DNA from: Balanoglossus misakiensis
Taxonomy: Eukaryota > Animalia > Hemichordata
Reading direction: 5' to 3'
NCBI GenBank assembly: GCA_040954595.2
Contig: CM082580.2
Location: 5,074,783-5,138,782 of the forward strand
DNA length: 64,000 nucleotides
A model generated the notes under the pieces. That model was given only the letters and a program-made list of their open reading frames with translations. It was not told where the DNA came from and did not search any database. How positions within the stretch are numbered: position 1 is the stretch's first letter; each line of letters begins with the position of its first letter. Below, in pieces: positions 26,439 to 38,649 of this stretch. Made by a program: the position numbers and the translations under genes.

Positions 26439-27474
26439 TTAATCAATGTCTTGACACCATTGTTCTAGCATTATGAGGTGTTGTTAAAATGTCAGAGTTC
26501 GAACTTGGCTATATATACTGTTAATTTTAAAGAATAAAACAGAGACCACATTTGACTTCCCACCGAAGTATTGGCCATCCCGTCTCTCTCTTCATTCCGA
26601 GCCTACTTCCAAAGTGTATGCTGTACAGTTGAATGTGTATACGATATGGGGATCTATGGACAATATGCTTTTTATAATTGGAAGGCAGGGACTATATTAT
26701 GTTATTACAAATACAGGTTGTATGCCCTGTCCCCTATTGGATAGTGACGTTGACTTGGACTCGAAAGGTAAAGTTGGGGGCAAAAGTGACCCCCCTAAAC
26801 ATTTTAAAAAAAAGATGCCCCCTCCCCGGGCGTAAAACCCTGAACGGTCCCTTACTTACTTTGGACTAATGCAAATGCAAAATTTAATTCACATTAACGT
26901 AAACGTCGCTAAACTGACTGACTCAGTTGGACAATGAAAAAGTGTGGATTATTTCAAAGGGACTACACTACTGACAGAAACCAGTGGACAAAAAGTTTTT
27001 TGAACATTTTTATTGGCAATATCTCAAACGACCACTAGACTGAATCCAATTTTGATATTTTTTACAGTTTATGCACTTGTTAAAATCACAAGCACCACTC
27101 TCAAAGGAGGAGGGTCGTCTGTCCCTCTTCAGTGGTTAGAATTTATTTTTCGTAAAATGTAACAAAAATGCATAGGCAGTTGCAAGCTCATAATAGAACA
27201 CCACCATACATTGTTACAAAGTTTAATCGGTCATGTTGCTTGAGTGAAAATTGCAACATTTCTGTGGTAAATGTTGCAAAGTTACATACATGTACATATC
27301 ATACATAAATAATGCAATAGAAAGTTACAGCCACATTGTTTACAATGACATGCATTGTCGCAATTACACTTTGCATCTACTTTGACGAGTTAGAAACTAT
27401 GTTGTTTGTGAACCATACCAGCAGGGACTGAAAAACCATTTAAGACAGCTTTTGGTGATACTCTCTGACTATGA

Positions 27475-29861
27475 CTATTTTGTCATGTGATGTTCCTTCT
27501 TATCATGTATATTCAATGATTTCTGACTGATGAAGGAAATCTGGCAAATGTCACATGACACCTCGGTTGGTGCACCGTGGGCCTTGATGTGTTGTCTCAA
27601 CTGTACGTTCCAACAGCTCTGGTATTTGCACTTGCTGCACTTGTAAGGTTTTTCGCCCGTATGCGTTCTCTCGTGCGACACAAGCTGCGCTTTCTTGGCG
27701 AACGCCAAGTCGCATGATTTGCATTTGAAAGGTTTTTCTCCAGTATGAATCCTCTGATGGTCTTTAAGATTTCTGGCCTCTACGAACCCTTTGCCACAGA
27801 ACTGACACTTGAAAGGCTTGATGTTCAGATGCTTCTTCTTGTGTTTTTCAAATGACACCTTACAGACAAACTGCTTGCCGCACAGCTCGCACAGAAACCT
27901 CTTCTGGCTGCTGGTCTTAAACTTCTCCCGGTGTTTTCCAGATACGTGTTGCGACAAAAAGCGCTTTTTCACACTCTCCCCGCAGATATAACACAGTACA
28001 TTTTCGTCCTGGTGACCCTTCAGGTGATTTGTCAAATCTTGCTTGAGTGCATACCTCATGCTGCAGTCTTTATGAGGACAGACAAAAACCTTTTCTGACT
28101 CAGAGGCGTGGCACCTCAAGTAGTGTTTATCCAAATTAGACTTGCGGTATGCTGCATACTCGCACTGGTCACACTTAAAATTAAGTGGACGGTGTCTGGC
28201 CTTCACATGGTTTGTCAGCGCAAACTTATGGATTGTTTGGTAATCACACTCTTTGCACGTGAAAGAAGTGTTGTGGCTCTTTCCCTTGCTGTGCTTGATG
28301 ATCACATGTTGCAGGAGATCCCTGTTAGTGGAAAACCTCTGACTGGGGCACTTTTTACACCCTAAACATCCATTTTCCAACACTTTTAACATTTTCTTTC
28401 TGTCATCTAGCATGCTTTCAACGGTGGAGTCATCGAAATGTTCTGCACTTCCATCCAAGTCCTCGAAAGAGTCATATTCGCTGTCATAGTCACTGCTATC
28501 ATCGTCACTGCTACCTCCAGAGCCATCTTCACTGTCTTCCATATCAAAGTCCATGTCCTCTGTAGGCCTTACTCGTTTCTCCTCTTCATCTGAGCTGCTG
28601 CTGTATTTCCACAAATCATCATCATCATCTTTCCCCTCCTCCTCCTCCTCCTCCTCCACATCATCATCATCATCTCTTCCTTGACTGACACTATCTCTTT
28701 GTTCACTGTCGTTACCACCTGCAACACCAACAGACGTTTGGTCCTCCTCCGACACAGATTGGCCAGCCGCACTGGCCGTTGCACGAGGCCCGTCATTGCT
28801 ACCTGCGTATTTCTTCCACCACGGAATGAGTTTTTTGTTCATCCCCATAGATGCCTTCCTGCGTGGTCTTCCATGCGCACCAAGTTCTGTCACTTGCTCC
28901 TCAGAAGTGCTTTCGACATCTGGAGTGCCTGTGGTCGTTTCCTCACCATCCTCTGCACTGCTTGCCGTTTGATTATCACTGTGGAAAAAAATCAGTATCC
29001 TTGATGATCAAAGTTGCTTCTACACTTACCAGTGTTCTCCAAAGGAATTAATGATAGAACATTAGGTGCGATTGGAATATTAATTATTATTGCCGAAATT
29101 CATGAGCAACGGCTGTTATGCTCAGGGGAGAACACATACTGCCTACACGCGTAGCAATTAAGGATGAATGGTCAGTAAAATTGAAGTATTGACATTTCTT
29201 TTAATTGTGCACAACTTCTAAAACTGTAGAAAGTGCTGGTGGTTCAAGCTCTCTTGAACTGCCATCCTAAGTGAAACCCTAGGCTCATGTAATACGGTCA
29301 GTGTAATCAGTGTTCCATATAGTTGTCCAAAAAAATGTCATATGTGAATGTTTACCTGCAGAGTTTTGGTGGCTCTGGGGGTTCATCTCTCTTTGTAGAA
29401 GAGTCCAATAATTGTTTGATGTCGTCTGCAAAAAGTGGGTGAGAAGAGGCGTGTTCGTACCTAGAAAGAATCAGAAATTTGTTCTAAGTCAAGTGCTGAA
29501 TAACTCTATCAAATTTTCCTGATATTGTACATGACACATTTTTAATGATACTACCGGGGGTGGTTGAAATGGAGAAGTCTGAAAAGAGTCTACGACTATA
29601 TACGTACAACCGCATAAGGAACTCGGCCGTTCCGTTTGCGCTGCAGTGGAGACGAGACTGCAATCTGCGCCAACGAAAATACTGGTCTCCAACTTGAAAT
29701 AACTGCTGCGATTTAGGCAATCCACGTTTCGTCCCCACAGTCTTCTTGGCACATTTTGGTCGTGAAGTTTCTTTGGTACTAGCATGTTCTATGGTAAAAA
29801 TCGCTGGTTTCTTGGAGGCGCGACGGGAACGCTTCAGAGAAGTCTTCTGCTCGTCCTCCAT
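27475..29861 (-). CDS. C2H2 zinc-finger gene C (10 fingers), 3 exons
   Basis: Exons at 29861-29608 (..FQVGDQYFRWRRLQSRLHCSANGTAEFLMRL), 29460-29356 (YEHASSHPLFADDIKQLLDSS..) and 28978-27475. All junctions are phase 2 and in frame. Confidence 0.85.
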
Positions 29862-31850
29862 TTTGCTGGCGAACTTTGACCCCGCCAGAAGTGGATCATT
29901 GGCAGGGATAAACCATTTGTCGGGGGCGGGGATGAACAGGCTCCAAAAGGCAGCTGGGGCCAGGGCAGATAGATGTGTTATGCTATATTTTAATCAGCTC
30001 GGTTGTGGCTAGCTCAAAACAGTGGATAGCCATTTGTTTAAGCAGTCTGTGGTTTGAGTGTGGAATGAATAATTTTTTTTTTCATGAGTAGTATTCACAA
30101 TGAGAAAACAATGTGTTTGTATGTGTATAACTTAAATCTTTATTATGCTTTATTTCGAGCAAAGTGTAAGCAGTATTTTGTGACCCCCATAGGTTCAAGC
30201 ATGGCAATCTTTTATTGACATCCGTTGATGTCGCACTGAATGCCAACACAGAAAACATACAACAAATAAACAAAAACAAAATAACAATCCAAAAATTGAA
30301 CAGAGAATATACTACGATAACTGAGTCTTCTGAAATGTCTATTTCTACCTAGTGGTTTATCACATCTGTCACAGTCATAAAGACAGTTGTAGAGCTCATA
30401 TGCACAATATAACTGGTATACTATATTTGCAATTCTACTTTGCAAATATGTGCATCAGTTGTCCTTATACACTCAACTCCACTGACAGCCCAAAATCACA
30501 GACCATAATATTGCATCGCAGATATATTGAATGCCCATTACAAAAAAATAGCCAGACTTGTTCATAATTAAAGGAGTTGCACTAGTTTGACAAAAACATG
30601 AAATATACATATAATGTATAAATACTCTGGAATGCAGGTGAAGGTGAAAATATACCAAAGAAAAAAATACGTTGCTCTATAGTCCTACAACTAAGATTCA
30701 CTTCGCAACACACTTTTTGGTGGCTGGTATAATGGGGTAATATGTTGCCTTATCATTCAGTCTACCCATATACATTGTATATATGCAGCACACAGGTCTT
30801 TTGATACAATGCAACCAACATATTGCACATATTAGAAGTGTCACAAAATGTAACCGACCAATTTACATATTTTTGACTGGCAGTCCTTGTTCTTGGCAGT
30901 AGCCAAGACTTTCTTAGTTTTTACAGTTGAGTCCAGACGTGGTAAATTTCTGCTCATGGCATTAGGTGGACATAAATTTACTGATACCTATTGATATGCA
31001 CATGAACATTATACTGCCTTATACAGTATACTAAAATACACTGCCCCAGTGTCACAGTGACATTGAAAGAAATTGGGGGCATTTCAACGTGAATTGAACA
31101 ATTTGTGATTCATGAGCAGACTAAAGCAAACTGAGATGATGTAGGTATCACTATGTAAATACAAGTCTCAAGTCCTTATTATAATGCCATCATAGAAGGC
31201 AATCTGCTTTCACATGTTGGTGACAGGAAAATAACTAAAAATACAGAGAAAGTCCTCTGTGAAGGAAATTGAGTTCATGACCCAAGTGTCTAGCACACAC
31301 TGCAAAAATTATACAATAATTGTACTGTCATTTCTGAAAAATAGGCAACTGGAATGCAATTTGTGAGACTCAGAAAGTGCACTGCCAACTGTGCCAGCTT
31401 AGCATGTAAGGTGCAGATTGGGCCAAAAAAGTAGCTCTGGAAATGATAAAGAAGCAAATGAAATCACCACAAGTTGGCCATCTTGGATTGCATTGCAAAA
31501 GCAAATAGCATTCATGATTTGAAGAAGTGTTAAGTAGTTTTCACATCTTACTGCCAACTCTTACTGAGAAATTCAGAATATCAGTAATTACATGTATTCT
31601 CTAGTCTTACCCTGTCAGAATAATTTATATGACATGATTAATATGCATAAACATTATTGCATCATTTTTCATTCAAAAGTAACAACACAGTGAGTTGGCA
31701 AAGGCAACTGAACAGGCAGACATTTTCACGATGATTAAAAGTTAGGTATGGCACAGTACATTTAAAAACGTACACAAATGTCTGAAACTAAAAATGCCCA
31801 ATACATGTACCCCCCCCCCCCACCTGGACCTGTGCAATGTATAAACTCGG

Positions 31851-33372
31851 TTACACGTCTGTGTTATGTTGTTTCTTCTGATGAATGCTCAGTGCTTTCT
31901 GACTGATGAAAGAAATCTCGCAAACGTTACACGACACCTCGGTGGGCGCACCGTGGGCCTTGACGTGATGCCTCAGTTGGATATTCCAACAGCTCTGGTA
32001 TTTGCACTTGCTGCACTTGTAAGGTCTTTCGCCCGTGTGCGTTCTCTCGTGCGACGACAGCTGCGCCTTTTTGGCGAACGCCAGGTCGCACAGCTGGCAC
32101 TTGTAAGGTTTCTCCCCGGTATGAATGCGCTCGTGGTCCTTCACGAACTTGCTGGCCGAGAAACCCTTGCCGCAGTACCGGCACTTGAAGGGCTTGATGT
32201 TGTAGTGCTTCTTCATGTGGTTCTGGAAGACGCCGATGCTCTTGGAGGAGTACTGCTTGCCGCAGATCTCGCACAGGATCGTCTTCTTGGCCTCGCCCGA
32301 CTCCTCCTCCCCTCCCCCGCCGTGCTCCCGCTTCACGTGCTGGCTCAGGTACGAGCGGCTGACGTTCTTGCCGCAGACGGGGCACGTCTCCGTCTTGTTG
32401 TGCGTCCGCATGTGGCACTTGAGGTCCATCTCCATGGCGTACTTCATGTTGCAGTCCTTCCACGAGCAGGCGTAGATCCGCTCCGAGTCGGGCGCGTGGC
32501 ACCGCAGGTAGTGGCTCTGGTACATGTGCTCCAGGTACGTCTCGTAGTCGCACTCGCCGCACTTGTAGTTCATGGGCCCGTGCTTGGCCTTGTGCCGCGC
32601 CAGGTGCTTCTTGGTGTTGGCGCACCAGCCGCAGTCGCCGCAGATGTACTGGGTGATCTTCTTCCTCTTCCTGTGCGCGTTCATGTGACGCAGCAGCCTC
32701 CTCCCCGTGGTGAAGATGGCCCCCGAACACCTCTTGCACTTCAGGCGGCCGTCCGCCAACGTCTCGAAGAAGTCCTTCTTCTCGGCTAGCATACCCTCCA
32801 CGGTGGCATCATCCAAGTCTTTCAAAATTTTAACCGCGTGCCCACCCGCCGGTTTGTTCTTACTTTCTCCGATCTTACCATCAACAACAACATCCTCATC
32901 ATCTTTTGCATCTGCGTCAGCATCCAAAGCATCGTCCCTCTCCTGCTCCGCTTTATCCTCGTCGCTCAAACAAAAATCGCTGTCTTTGTCCTGTCTCATC
33001 TTTTCCATCTCGTCCCCCGAGCTGCTGCTGAACTCGTAGTCTATTTCATCGTCCTCGTCGCGAGGAACACGTACAGCTATGGGAACCCCGGCCGAGGTGG
33101 CAACGGCTCTCTGCGCGTAATTCCTCTCTAGGCTAAACGGAACCGAGCTCACTGACTGGCCCTCCTGCGTCCCCGCCTGGCTGGCCACGCGCGCGTGCGG
33201 CTTATTCTTCGGTTTCTTCTTCCACCAGGGGATCAGCGTCCTCTTGATCATCAGCGAGGCCTTCCTGCGAGGTCTGCCGTGCGCTCCGAGTCCCAAGTCT
33301 TGTTCCTCACCGGCACTGCCCGCCTCTTCAGCGTCTATGGTCTGCATGGAAGAATTCATTACTTGATCACTT
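31851..33372 (-). CDS. C2H2 zinc-finger terminal exon D (10 fingers), most divergent paralog
   Basis: A phase-2 acceptor at 33372 (SDQVMNSS..) opens an intact 502-aa ORF with the GAHGRPRRKAS..IPWWK motif and 10 C2H2 fingers. Confidence 0.88.
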
Positions 33373-33790
33373 CTGTGAACGGAAGGGGCAGTGAATACCC
33401 AAAATCAGTTCAAGCACGCCCATAGTGGCACTCCTATTGTACAGGAACACGTTGAGGTTCTATGCGCCTTGGCGACAGATTTTCAGAAAATTTTTACTTC
33501 TCCAACCTTTTAATGTTTTGCTATATGGTAAAACCTAACAAGCCCTGCCTTGAATATGTATATAGTCTTGCATCCAATCAAGTACATGAACTGTGCGATT
33601 GACTTTCTCAGCAAGTGTATCAGGTCATTCACATGCAAAATACATACATGACGCTAGGTTGTCTTTTTCGTCAGACCCCCAAAATGCGGGATAGATACTA
33701 AGCCAGGGGTATACTGGTAGCTATAGTTTGTGGAATTTGAGTAGAGATAAAGCTCAACTTCTACATAGTTTGTAATGGGCAACAGCTCAC

Positions 33791-33904
33791 CTGTCAGGTT
33801 GATGAAATGACCCGTCTGCAGACAGCGTGGGTTGCTCAGCTTCGGAGGATGGTCCATGGCTTTGTTGAACATTAAACATCTTAATTTGCGATGAGAGAGA
33901 AATT
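33791..33904 (-). CDS. ZF locus cassette exon, 114 nt, phase 2-2
   Basis: CAG|..|GTGAG boundaries; encodes ISLSSQIKMFNVQQSHGPSSEAEQPTLSADGSFHQPD. Confidence 0.55.
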
Positions 33905-34022
33905 CTGCAGAGAAAACAAAAAAAGTAACCAACTTTTGATATCTAGACTACAGCTGTTGGTAACAGCTAAAAGCATGTATCATCACTGCACACAATCACG
34001 CAGGTTTTTTCATGACACTTAC

Positions 34023-34133
34023 CGTTTTTTCAGTGGCTCTCCGATTTCTCGTCTTTCCTGGTCTTCGTATTCCGGCCACTGACATTCCGGCCACGATTCA
34101 CGTTCTGTTTTGAGATGCAGGTGCTCAAGGTAC
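34023..34133 (-). CDS. ZF locus cassette exon, 111 nt, phase 2-2
   Basis: TAG|..|GTAAGT boundaries; encodes YLEHLHLKTERESWPECQWPEYEDQERREIGEPLKK. Confidence 0.6.
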
Positions 34134-34326
34134 CTAACAAGACAGAAATTTTTATTAAATAAAAGGGAAAATGTTCAAAAAATCAGAAGCATAATTTTAT
34201 GCCGGAGTATGCAGCACAGACTTCGAGACCAGGAATCCACACGTTTTCCCCGATGGCTCACCAAAATACAAGGCTAACGGACATGCATCATACAATTGTG
34301 GAAATCTGAATGACAACACAACATAC

Positions 34327-34425
34327 TTCACTTTCTGCAGCTCTGTACTGTCTTTGGTTCTGTGCGCGTCACTTTCGGAAGAGGTATCAGTCTGTTCAGT
34401 TCCCAAGCCTTGACGGTCTTTGTAT
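34327..34425 (-). CDS. ZF locus cassette exon, 99 nt, phase 2-2
   Basis: CAG|..|GTATGT boundaries; encodes YKDRQGLGTEQTDTSSESDAHRTKDSTELQKV. Confidence 0.6.
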
Positions 34426-34741
34426 CTGAACAGGTATAATGCAAAACAGATTGGATGAGACACTATTAGTATTGTGTGGCATACAAAAACAATTAGATAC
34501 ATTGTAATCACTCTTAGGCATTTGACCACATGGCTGTATGGCTATACACACAGAAAACACACATGTGCAGTAGTAAACACAACAGGCACTCACATATTAC
34601 CAGTACTATAATCATATTCATAAGTACATTGGTAGCTCTTGTTGTTCTGTCCGATGTTCCCTATCTCACTTGTAGCATACAAGCAAACCTCATGCCCATA
34701 CCCCCTAGGGCATATGCAAGTCCAAATGACACAACACTCAC

Positions 34742-34834
34742 TTCTTTTTCTGTGGCTCTGCCATCTCTCGCCTTTCACAATCTTCACTTTCCGACTCCGT
34801 CTCCCCTCTTCCAACATCTTCATATTCGTCGTAT
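34742..34834 (-). CDS. ZF locus cassette exon, 93 nt, phase 2-2
   Basis: CAG|..|GTGAGT boundaries; encodes YDEYEDVGRGETESESEDCERREMAEPQKK, similar to the 34023-34133 exon. Confidence 0.6.
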
Positions 34835-35135
34835 CTGTAAAGTTTACATAAATCTGTGGAAATGTCTACTCACAATAGAAACAATAACAATAGTGACAAT
34901 TGACTTCCGTATTGCATTGTTGTGGGAAATCAAAAGAAAGTTCCATGGCCTAATTTTAGACAAAGCTGTCCCCTTTTCAAGTTTTTGGAACCCATATTTT
35001 TTTTCCTTACTTGAATATACACAGTTTTCACAATTTGCAAATGTTTATACATATTATGCATATGGTTTTGTGGTCAGTTCTATGTATACACATAGTCCAG
35101 ATAAACAATGACATTTTTATGGTGCAAGACATTAC

Positions 35136-35258
35136 CTTTCCCTTTTCACGTTGTGTGATGAGATCCCTGGGGGTGGTACCACAGGGAGTTCGAGTATATG
35201 TGACGGCTCTCTTCTCGGCCCAGTTGATAAATCCTCTGCACCAGACATGCAAGAGTCT
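35136..35258 (-). CDS. ZF locus cassette exon, 123 nt, phase 2-2
   Basis: CAG|..|GTAAT boundaries; encodes DSCMSGAEDLSTGPRREPSHILELPVVPPPGISSHNVKRE. Confidence 0.55.
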
Positions 35259-36262
35259 CTGTAACAATAACAATGAAGAGAGACCAAATCAAATAAATGT
35301 GAAAATATACCACTTTGGTGCAATAGCAAAAATTAAAAGATATTACCGGTACATTTCAACGAAAGTGTCCCAAAAATTGGTGCTGTGACACAGACTTGGC
35401 TTAGGGTCAAGTGGCTAAATGTTACGGAGTAACGGTCTCAGAACAAATCTTTGTTGGGCCTTCCGTATTTTCATCTCTTGTCAAAATAACGGTGTTACCA
35501 TTGGCTGGGTTCAATAAGAAATCAACGGGCCAGGCAGACTTTAAAATGGGATGGTCAGATTAGCACTTTTACAATAACATGACTGCTGCACACAAGTCGC
35601 CATACACTATGAATTTTCACCGTACCCTGATCAAATGCTGTAAATTTACAATGACCTTACAGTACAGCATACTGGCTCATACACTATAGGCAAATTGTGT
35701 GGTAGAAAACACACTTTGAGTCTACCCACCTATCAGCTTCACCCGAAGATGCGTCTGACATTCCTGGGTTTTCAGAGTTTTCTTCTGCCACAACCCGGCC
35801 TTCACTGTTTTGCCCAGCGGGAAAACTATTGCCTTCCCAGGTCAATTTGACCGGGAATACTTGAGGATCTACATGTCTTTTTTTCAACAGGCCATAAAGA
35901 AATGCAACAAGTTAGACAAGAACATTGGGCCGGGAAAGTTCCGTCCTTCATAATGATTGTCACTATCTATGATTATTGTTAGGCAAGGGAAAAAATCCTT
36001 TTCCTCAAATTCAATATGTCTTTTTTAATCACTCATTAATTTGCTTTGCAAAAATATACTGAACATTCTTTTTTTCTCCATGGCTTTATCAGATATAAAA
36101 CGAAGCACCAATATTCCTTCCTGTCACAGTGTACACTACACCTGCATTCTACAGATTTGACCTGTTTCTTTTTGCAATTGACAATGAAGTTTAATAGACT
36201 CCTTTTCAATGAACATGACTTTGAGATACTGAAGAGACGTGTACAAATAATGGAACACTCAC

Positions 36263-36361
36263 CTAGTCCCTTGTTGCTCAGTTTCTTGACTTGCACGGTA
36301 ATGACCTCCTTCTGACAAGGGATCTGACTGCAATGACTTGGGGTCCTGATGTTTATAGTAC
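36263..36361 (-). CDS. ZF locus cassette exon, 99 nt, phase 2-2
   Basis: CAG|..|GTGAGT boundaries; encodes YYKHQDPKSLQSDPLSEGGHYRASQETEQQGT. Confidence 0.6.
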
Positions 36362-36986
36362 CTGTAAAACATACGATTACGGTACAGATCAGCACTAAGA
36401 TTCTAACTGGGCTACCTTTGGGATAATCCTAGGCATCTAACTGTCAATCTTTGTACAAGTTGCTTGCATGAATGATTTGAAGTGGGAGCCAAAAGACTTG
36501 GGAACCAAGCAACCACTTCCTGTTGGAATATGCAGAAACACATCACAGGACATGATTGAATGATGAACAATAAGTCCCCCCCCCCCCCGTAATCAACAGG
36601 TCCTGCCCTAAGGCTCGGCCAAGAACAAGATGGTGTCTCATGAATGTTCTTATGTTTACATGTGTCGAGAATATGCCATCTACCATGATATTTGGGGAAT
36701 ACTAAATTATACCCTGCCAAAATTTTAGCGTCTAATACAATGTACATATAGACAGGAAGCTTCACTCCGCGATCGGGGCTATTTTCGCTTTGTCGGCGTA
36801 TGTTGCGCGCTTCTTCCGGGTCTACTTTAGATACACGGCGAGTGCAACAGACGCAGAGACCACGCACACTCATACCGCTTATTTTCCGAAAGCGAATTTC
36901 TGGTGTGCCAATGCCCGCGCCCGTTCAGGAAGTTCATGTCGGGTCACCAGCCAGGCTGTGATATAAATTTTTATCTGCAGACTTAC

Positions 36987-37210
36987 GAATCAATCATCAC
37001 CATTGCCAATTCGGGACTGGAAAGCCCCGTGAGCCCCTTCAACTCCATCCACCTTCCGATCTGATTGCCGATGTATATTTTGCAACGATTTTTTTGAAGG
37101 TTACTCTCCCGCCTTCGCAACCTCTTAGCTTCGGCTGTTTTACGCGGGCGTCCTCGCCCCCGGCTCTGCTGCTTTTCGCAATTTTCGCCGACTTCACTGA
37201 TCGACGCCAT
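36987..37210 (-). CDS. Alternative first exon: AT-hook plus ZNF653/692-like N-terminal domain
   Basis: Encodes MASISEV..RGRGRPRKTAEAKRLRRRESNLQKNRCKIYIGNQIGRWMELKGLTGLSSPELAMVMIDS and ends in the phase-2 donor TC|GTAAGT. Confidence 0.75.
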
Positions 37211-38135
37211 ATTGTTTCAGTCTTTCTACACGAGCATGCGCATATCGTCGCATTTTCTGTATCCACAGATTTATACAGGCGTCGCAATGCAGTCATGTTT
37301 TGATCTATCTGGCTGCAGTTTTTACATGTTTCATAAAACGAAATAAATACCCATCCACTTTTTGTAGAATAGAAATTTTATTGAATCGTTAAAGCGACGT
37401 CGGCTGTCACTTCCTTGCATTATTTTCATGATTTTAATTTCATAAACATATATTGCCTTTGGTTTATTTACATCCGGCCCAGGGAAAGTTAAATTTTAAC
37501 CGAGTTTAAAGCAGGGGCAGCAAAGCCGCATGGGTAATCCCCTATGAGTGGTCCTCTACATGGTTAATCAGTAAAGTAAAAGTAAATTGTAATATCATGT
37601 GAAGTATCAACCACACTGTTTGCAATGATGTACATTGTAGCGATTACACTTTGCACAATACTTTGACTTGCAAGCAACTGTGTCCATAGACATTGTTCAA
37701 TATTCTGATGTTTCTGCAAGTACATTTTAATAACAGTGACTTGGTGCAGACAAGATTAGTCGTGAATAACTCAAGATATGTAACCTCGATAAAACAGCCA
37801 AGAATGTCTGTCACTGTAAAGCCCTAATAATTAGAGATGCTCATTTCTGCACACATGTAACTTGCTCTATGTCCATTCATTCTCATACCTTACAACACTA
37901 CATGTGACCATACTCTTTGTTCTCTTGGGACATTATCTATGATAATGCACTGGTACCAGTGCAATATCTGGATATTGCACTGCACCTGGCATAATAAGAT
38001 TCACTACGACAAACAAGATAGCTATGACAGGAGGTACTTTAATTCATGCAAAAAATACAAAGCAAATTAGTTGTTATCCATTTTGAAGGATATGCTGCCT
38101 CCGGCGGGGAGAACAGCTTTCACACACGGATTCAC

Positions 38136-38443
38136 CTGAAAGCTTGATTTTTTCGACGTACCAAAACTTCCTTGAAGCACTTTGCTGACTTCGAACTGTT
38201 GCTCGAGACTTGTACGCTGAAAAGAGAGCTGCTACTTACAGAAGAGGATGTGTGCAGTGGGGGCTGCATTTTCGCCAAGTCACATTCCGTGACCGTTGGG
38301 TTATGTACGCTATCTTCGACGAGGCTATCAAAATCTTGGAAAATCCAGTCCATATCGCCACCGTCATCACCTTCGCTTTCGCTTGGGTGTCGGAACGTGC
38401 TCTGGGTAATGAAAAGCTCGTGCTCGTCGCTACTTTCGGCCAT
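38136..38443 (-). CDS. Alternative first exon, acidic (possibly Crypton-transposon derived)
   Basis: Kozak context ACCATGG; encodes MAESSDEHELFITQSTF..KNQAFR with phase-2 donor AG|GTGAAT. CCAAT boxes and a hairpin lie upstream. Confidence 0.55.
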
Positions 38444-38649
38444 GGTGTTTGTCTGTCGAAGGTTGAGTTCCGAATGATGATGGAAACGTGGCACCTCAAT
38501 GACCACGTGACAAATGCCCTGGCTGACAAGTATCCAATCGAAATGAGTCATACACCAGGTGCATTTTGCGACGCTTGTGATTGGTTGATGTGATTGAGAA
38601 GTTGTTTAGCATATATCTAGATCACAGATGTTGCGACGTGTTGTAAGCC

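Noticed and set aside
31866-32789. 307-aa plus-strand and 270-aa alternate-frame ORFs over ZF exon D
   Set aside because: Stop-codon depletion from high GC3 in the real frame explains them.
35730-35868. Further candidate cassette exon ending ..SSGEADR with a phase-2 donor
   Set aside because: The best acceptor is phase 1 and the phase-2 alternatives have poor pyrimidine tracts, so I did not count it in the array.
36412-36873. 153-aa ORF starting MSVRGLCVCC as another first exon
   Set aside because: It has no similarity to the other first exons and no convincing phase-2 donor near its CpG-rich start.
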